A DNA stretch of 64,000 bases, taken from contig JBMOOP010000136.1 in assembly GCA_049324495.1 (NCBI GenBank), positions 2,136-66,135 of the forward strand, given 5' to 3'. The notes beneath the pieces were generated by a model that saw only the letters and a program-made list of their open reading frames with translations, made no database searches and was not told where the DNA came from. Of the stretch, positions 59,611 to 64,000 are shown piece by piece (position 1 is the stretch's first letter; every line of letters starts with the position of its first letter). The position numbers and the translations under genes are program-made. Source of the DNA: Pseudomonadota bacterium. GTDB lineage: Bacteria > Pseudomonadota > Gammaproteobacteria > Pseudomonadales > JADFDG01.

Positions 59611-60100
59611 CGTCTTGCTGACACCCTTGGTGGGTGCCGCCGACCAGGCAACTCTCGCGCGGGACACCGAATTGCGCGCCAAACCCCTTGGCGATGCGGC
59701 CGTCATTGCGCCACTCAAGGCGAAAACTGCCGTGACGATCATCTCGCGTAATGGTGCCTGGGCAGAGGTCGCTGCCGCCAACGGTAACACCGGCTATGTT
59801 CGCATACTCAATCTGCGCACCGGCAGCACCCAGAAAGGCGACAGCGGCATCGGCGCACTGGCCAGCGTGTTCAGAACCGGATCAAGCGGCAACAACGTCG
59901 CTACCGGCGTGAAAGGAATGTCTGAGGAAGATCTCACCGGCGCCACGCCTTCGCCGGAGGCAGTCGAGCATCTCTCGCATCACCAGGCAAGCGAAAAAGA
60001 GGCTCGAAATGGCGCCAAGAATGTCGGCCTGAAAGCAAAAGAGGTGGCATATCTTGCCGCGCCGGGAAAAGACGCCATGCGCCAGGATAACGGGGAGTAA
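59561..60100 (+). CDS. secreted SH3b-domain protein with a disordered C-terminal tail
   Basis: 179 aa with a signal peptide (ILLPALLLTASVLLTPLVGAA) and an SH3_3-like segment (LRAKPLGDAAVIAPLKAKTAVTIISRNGAWAEVAAANGNTGYVRILNL). GGGAG lies upstream of the ATG. It overlaps the cyclase 3' end by 50 nt. Confidence 0.6.
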   Translation: MNRSERILLPALLLTASVLLTPLVGAADQATLARDTELRAKPLGDAAVIAPLKAKTAVTIISRNGAWAEVAAANGNTGYVRILNLRTGSTQKGDSGIGALASVFRTGSSGNNVATGVKGMSEEDLTGATPSPEAVEHLSHHQASEKEARNGAKNVGLKAKEVAYLAAPGKDAMRQDNGE

Positions 60101-60106
60101 ATTGCC

Positions 60107-61009
60107 ATGAAAAAGTTCTCCACTCTGCTGTATGCGTTGGTATGCGCTTCGCTTGCCGTCACACCAGCGCACGCCTTTGATCTCGGCAACCTCAAGGATC
60201 TGGATCGCGTCAAGAAGGCGATCAGCATCGGCGGCAAGGTCGTCAAGGCCAACCGCGAAATCAATCAGGAAGAAGAAATTGAAATCGGCAAGGGTGTGGC
60301 CGCCCAGGTGATGGGCGCGGCGCCGTTGGTCGAAAACACGGCGTTGCAGCAGTACGTCAACCAGGTTGGCCTGTGGCTGGCATTACAAACTGAACGTCCT
60401 GACCTGCCCTGGCAGTTCGGCGTCATTGCCAGCGACGACGTCAACGCCTTCTCGACCCCGGGCGGCACCATTCTGGTGACCCGCGGCATGTATTCACGCT
60501 TTCGCAACGAGTCTGATCTCGCTGGCGTGCTGGCGCATGAAATCGGCCATGTACTTGAGAAGCATCAGCTCAAGCAGATCCAGAAAGCGCTGGGCAACGA
60601 ATGGAAGATGGAACTGGTCAACGCCGCCGCCGAAGACAAGGGCAAACAAAGCGGGCAGAACCTTGCCAAGGCCTTTTCAGCCGGTACCGAGATATTCACC
60701 CGCGGTCTCGACAAGCAGGACGAGTTTGCCGCCGACCGCCTCGGCGTCGTGATCGCCGCGCGCGCCGGCTATAACCCGTACGGGCTCGTCAACGTGCTGC
60801 AAACATTGGACGAAATCGGCGCTCAGGATTCGGCCATGGCATTGATGTTCAAGACACATCCTTCAGCCGGCACGCGACTCGACACCCTTGCCGTTGCGAT
60901 GGGCGAGTCGCTGGATGCATATGCTGGCGGCGTCGAAAATACGAAACGCTTTATCCCGCTCAAGGCCGAAGCCGCCTCGGACGCTGCACGCGAAGCAGCG
61001 CAGAAGTAA
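60107..61009 (+). CDS. periplasmic M48-family zinc metallopeptidase
   Basis: 300 aa with a signal peptide (MKKFSTLLYALVCASLAVTPAHA), HEIGHV (HExxH) and a downstream DEFAADRLG third-ligand region. It resembles the YcaL/LoiP/BepA family. Confidence 0.85.
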   Translation: MKKFSTLLYALVCASLAVTPAHAFDLGNLKDLDRVKKAISIGGKVVKANREINQEEEIEIGKGVAAQVMGAAPLVENTALQQYVNQVGLWLALQTERPDLPWQFGVIASDDVNAFSTPGGTILVTRGMYSRFRNESDLAGVLAHEIGHVLEKHQLKQIQKALGNEWKMELVNAAAEDKGKQSGQNLAKAFSAGTEIFTRGLDKQDEFAADRLGVVIAARAGYNPYGLVNVLQTLDEIGAQDSAMALMFKTHPSAGTRLDTLAVAMGESLDAYAGGVENTKRFIPLKAEAASDAAREAAQK

Positions 61010-61040
61010 GAAGTCAAAAAGCTGGTAGCACAATAACCCG

Positions 61041-61070
61041 CGCGCCGACGGCTCAGGTCGGCGCGGTTTT
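61041..61070 (+). terminator. hairpin plus T-tract after the M48 gene, overlapping the fur 3' end
   Basis: CGCGCCGAC (61041-49) pairs with GTCGGCGCG (61057-65) around a 7-nt loop, followed by GTTTT. The fur stop codon lies in the loop. Confidence 0.4.
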
Positions 61071-61487
61071 CACGCAGTCGGCACAGATGCCATACAGATA
61101 GAGGCTGTGGTGTGTCAGCCGGAAACCGTGCCGCGTAGCGATTTCCTGCTGCCGCTGCTCAATGAGCGTATCACTGAACTCGGTAACGCGGTTGCAGCGC
61201 AGGCAGACCAGATGGTCGTGGTGCGCACCGGATTCGAGCTCGAACACCGCCTGGTCGGCATCGAAATTGTGCTTGATGACAAGACCCGCATCCTGAAACT
61301 GGGTCAACACCCGGTAAACAGTGGCAAGACCAATATCCTCGCCGCCGTCGCGCAGGGAACGAAATACGTCCTCGGCAGTCAGATGCCGGTTCCCGCGATG
61401 GGCCTCCTCAAGCAACCCAAGGATCTTGATGCGCGGTAAAGTGACCTTGAGGCCGGCCTTGCGCAATTCGTTGTCCTGCTGACTCAT
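61053..61487 (-). CDS. fur: ferric uptake regulator Fur
   Basis: 144 aa from MSQQDNELRKAGLKVTLPRIKIL with the metal-site motif HHDHLVCLRCNRVTEF ... C.DC. The track ORF has a 33-codon upstream extension. Confidence 0.92.
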   Translation of the reverse strand: MSQQDNELRKAGLKVTLPRIKILGLLEEAHRGNRHLTAEDVFRSLRDGGEDIGLATVYRVLTQFQDAGLVIKHNFDADQAVFELESGAHHDHLVCLRCNRVTEFSDTLIEQRQQEIATRHGFRLTHHSLYLYGICADCVKTAPT

Positions 61488-61609
61488 CGGTATTGCCGCC
61501 TCTCGTTGGCCGGTGTGCGAGTGATCCGCTACCATGGCGCTCCGCGAAGCTTGGGCCTGCGGTTCCGGCTGGTCATGGCCAATCAACCTTAGACGAAAAG
61601 CTCACTCCG

Positions 61610-62020
61610 ATGCAAAAGCGCCTCACCGCCCTGCTGATCTGCACGCTGCTCCTCACCGGCTGCAGCAGCCTGCGTTTTCCCGGCGTTTACCGGATCGATA
61701 TTGAGCAGGGCAATATCGTTACCGACGACATGCTCGCCAAACTCAAGGTAGGCATGAATGAATCGCAGGTTCGCTATGTGATGGGCACCCCGCAACTGAC
61801 CGACCCGTTCGAGCCGGGCCGTTGGGTTTATGCCTACCGGCTGCGGCGCGGCGACCGCAATGGCGAGATCGTCGAGGGCAAGATCGTGCTGACCTTCGAG
61901 AACAGTACCCTGGCGCATTGGGAAGGAAAGACGGTGCCAATGGCGGCACGCACCCGTATCGACACCAGCAGCAGTGGCGCCACCGGCAGCACCACACCGC
62001 CGGAACTGCCATCACCCTGA
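61610..62020 (+). CDS. bamE: outer membrane protein assembly factor BamE (OmlA/SmpA)
   Basis: 136 aa with the lipobox LLLTGCSS and the BamE core YRIDIEQGN ... GMNESQVRYVMGTP. It is divergent from fur. Confidence 0.88.
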   Translation: MQKRLTALLICTLLLTGCSSLRFPGVYRIDIEQGNIVTDDMLAKLKVGMNESQVRYVMGTPQLTDPFEPGRWVYAYRLRRGDRNGEIVEGKIVLTFENSTLAHWEGKTVPMAARTRIDTSSSGATGSTTPPELPSP

Positions 62021-62052
62021 TCAGCCGCACGATTGGCCGTGCCACAAACCTG

Positions 62053-62373
62053 TTACTCCCTGTGTGCGCGTTTTTGCCTGGCTTGCTGCGCGCGCTGCTT
62101 GCGTGAATCGTTCGGGCTGGCGGTAAGTGGCCGATAAAGCTCAACGCGCTCGCCATCGGCCAGTATGCGTAATTTCGGGCTCGTCTCGATCTGCGCGAAC
62201 ACCCCCATCGGGGTCTGTTCCGGGTCGATCATGCCCGGAAACTGAGTAGCGATGCCAGAGCGCACGACAGCATCGAACATCGTCACTCCCGCCTCCACCT
62301 CAAGGGCAATCACCACTTGCTTGTGCGGCAACGCATAGGCCACTTCAATATGAATTTTTTTAGCCTTGCTCAT
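62053..62373 (-). CDS. rnfH: RnfH-family ubiquitin-fold protein (UPF0125)
   Basis: 106 aa with IHIEVAYALPHKQ ... DGERVELYRPL, typical of RnfH/YfjF. Confidence 0.85.
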   Translation of the reverse strand: MSKAKKIHIEVAYALPHKQVVIALEVEAGVTMFDAVVRSGIATQFPGMIDPEQTPMGVFAQIETSPKLRILADGERVELYRPLTASPNDSRKQRAQQARQKRAHRE

Positions 62374-62382
62374 CGCTCACCT

Positions 62383-62823
62383 TCAGAGCCGCTTGCCGTA
62401 CAACCGGGCTGCCCGCTTCTGGAATGCATCGATCGCCAATGCTGCCGCCTCGTTAACCAGCACATTGACCGCCAAGTGCGCAAACCGTGATGCGATCTCG
62501 AACTCGATCGTGAACACCACCTTGCTGGCCGACGCGCCCAGCGGCTGAAAATCCCAGGCGCCGCGCAGCACCTCGAACGGGCCATCAATCAGCTCCATCT
62601 CAAGCCGATATGGCGCGACGTGACGATTGCGCGTCGTCACGCCCTGCCGTACCCCCGCGCGCGCGAATGCCATATGCGCCGTCACGCTGTTTTCATCACG
62701 TTGCAGCACGCGCGCTTCAACGCAAAACGGCAGGTACTGCGGATAGGCATCAACATCGCTGACCAGCGCAAACAACTCGGCCGGCGAGTAGGCAACCAGT
62801 GCGGTGCGGCTGATGATGGGCAC
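62383..62823 (-). CDS. ratA: SRPBCC-fold RatA/YfjG (Coq10-like) protein
   Basis: It has the START/polyketide-cyclase-like sequence VSDVDAYPQYLPFC ... GPFEVLRGAWDFQPLG. The GTG at 62823 lies 4 nt after the upstream transporter stop. Confidence 0.85.
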   Translation of the reverse strand: MPIISRTALVAYSPAELFALVSDVDAYPQYLPFCVEARVLQRDENSVTAHMAFARAGVRQGVTTRNRHVAPYRLEMELIDGPFEVLRGAWDFQPLGASASKVVFTIEFEIASRFAHLAVNVLVNEAAALAIDAFQKRAARLYGKRL

Positions 62824-62827
62824 CCCG

Positions 62828-64000
62828 TCAGCCCAACAAGCCGACAATCAACACAACGAGAATCAGCAACGGCGCTACAACGCGAACCGCCACGCGCCAG
62901 GCGAGATACAGCCCCATGTTTTTCATGGCGAGTTCTTTCATGACCCGCGTGTCCTTCATCACCCAGCCTGCGAAAATTGCCAGCAAAACGCCACCCACCG
63001 GCAACAAGACATTCGCGGTCACATAGTCGAGCAGTTCATACAGGGTGCGGCCGCCAACCTGCACCCCGGCCAGGATATTAAATGACAGCACCGTAACGAT
63101 ACCCAGCGCCCAGGCCGCAGCACACAACACCAGTGTTGCCCGCACTCTCGACGCGCCCCGTTCGACCAACCACGCCGCAAAAGGCTCCACCAGGCCAATG
63201 GCCGAACCCCAGGCGGCAAACAGCACCATCAGAAAAAATGCGCCGCCAAGGAAAATACCGCCCGGCATTGCTTCGAACACTACCGGCAAGGTCACGAACA
63301 TCAGGCCCGGGCCCTCCGCAGGGCTCAGCCCGCTGGCGAACACCAGTGGAAACATCGCCAGACCAGCGAGCAGCGACACCAGCGTATCAATCGCAATAAT
63401 CCAGACTGTGCTCACGGCAATCGATTGGTGTACGGGCATGTAGGCTCCGTATGCCAACAGTGCGCCCATTCCAATGCTCATGGTGAAAAAACTGTGCCCC
63501 ATCGCTACGATCACACCGTTCCATGTGAGCTGCGAAAAATCGGGGGTGAATATGAAAGCAACCGCTTCGGAAAAATTGCCATACATCGCGCTATAGGCGA
63601 CAACCACGACCAGCAGTATCAACAGGCCCGGCATCAGGATGCGAACTGCCTGCTCCAATCCGCGCTCAACGCCGCGCATGACAATCAATGCCACAACGAG
63701 CATGAACAGTGTGTGCCAGCCGAACATTTCGGCCGGGCTCGCAAAAAAATCATCAAGCGTTACCTTGGCCGTTGCCGTATCTGCCGCCGGCGCCAAGCCC
63801 AGCGGAAATTTCACCAGCCAGGCCAGCACCCAACCACCAATCACACTGTAGTAGGAAAGAATCAGAAATCCGGTGAGCACCCCAAGCAAACCAACCCAGC
63901 GCCACTTTGACGATGCCTTCGCTTCAATGGCCAGAGCGGCAAACGAATTGACCGGCGATTGACGGCCACGGCGACCGATCATGATCTCGGCCATCATCAG
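62828..64000 (-). CDS. sodium-dependent NSS (SNF) family transporter, 5'-truncated by the window edge
   Basis: A multi-TM protein with NSS-like segments (GRRGRQSPVNSF ... LSYYSVIGGW ... FFTMSIGMGALLAYGAYM). The frame stays open to the end of the window. Confidence 0.85.
   Translation of the reverse strand: MMMAEIMIGRRGRQSPVNSFAALAIEAKASSKWRWVGLLGVLTGFLILSYYSVIGGWVLAWLVKFPLGLAPAADTATAKVTLDDFFASPAEMFGWHTLFMLVVALIVMRGVERGLEQAVRILMPGLLILLVVVVAYSAMYGNFSEAVAFIFTPDFSQLTWNGVIVAMGHSFFTMSIGMGALLAYGAYMPVHQSIAVSTVWIIAIDTLVSLLAGLAMFPLVFASGLSPAEGPGLMFVTLPVVFEAMPGGIFLGGAFFLMVLFAAWGSAIGLVEPFAAWLVERGASRVRATLVLCAAAWALGIVTVLSFNILAGVQVGGRTLYELLDYVTANVLLPVGGVLLAIFAGWVMKDTRVMKELAMKNMGLYLAWRVAVRVVAPLLILVVLIVGLLG

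Noticed and set aside
62053-62823. RatA and RnfH as a possible type II toxin-antitoxin module or mobile defence element.
   Set aside because: RatA is often labelled a toxin, but this is the conserved housekeeping ratA-rnfH pair next to bamE and fur. There is no antitoxin-like DNA-binding partner, no mobility genes and no compositional anomaly.

Overview
High-GC chromosomal core segment, most likely from a gammaproteobacterium. This is inferred from gene content and order. From about 12 kb to 63 kb it is collinear with the Pseudomonas dksA-gluQ-cbrAB-pcnB-folK-panBCD-acs ... pnp-rpsO-truB-rbfA-infB-nusA-rimP-tRNA-secG-tpiA-glmM-folP-ftsH-rlmE-greA-carBA-dapB-dnaJK-grpE-recN-fur-bamE-rnfH-ratA region (gene order recalled from memory). 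The presence of hrcA and a long-tailed DksA argue against a typical Pseudomonas. The first 11 kb carry cell-wall recycling (M23 peptidase, anmK, mrcB), erpA, a bactofilin pair, argC and a hemJ-thiD-thiE-hemL operon. I call about 60 protein genes, 2 tRNAs (initiator Met and Leu-GAG), several intrinsic terminators, one consensus sigma-70 promoter and two sigma-32-type promoters. I also call one strong non-coding candidate: a CrcZ-like A-rich sponge sRNA with its own sigma-54 promoter in the cbrB-pcnB spacer. I saw no rRNA, CRISPR array, transposase, integrase, phage module or recognisable defence system. The non-core material worth a second look is: (1) the CrcZ-like sRNA; (2) a visibly lower-GC two-gene insert (diiron ferritin-like protein plus Tat-exported protein) between dnaJ and dapB; (3) a CHASE2 adenylate cyclase / SH3 / M48 peptidase trio abutting recN; (4) DksA fused to a roughly 160-aa Lys/Ala/Pro-rich histone-H1/AlgP-like tail. 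Many long ORFs in the six-frame track are antisense shadows of real genes in GC-rich DNA and are rejected. Several track ORFs also have spurious N-terminal extensions, which I trimmed to the start best supported by homolog-like N-termini and Shine-Dalgarno sequences.
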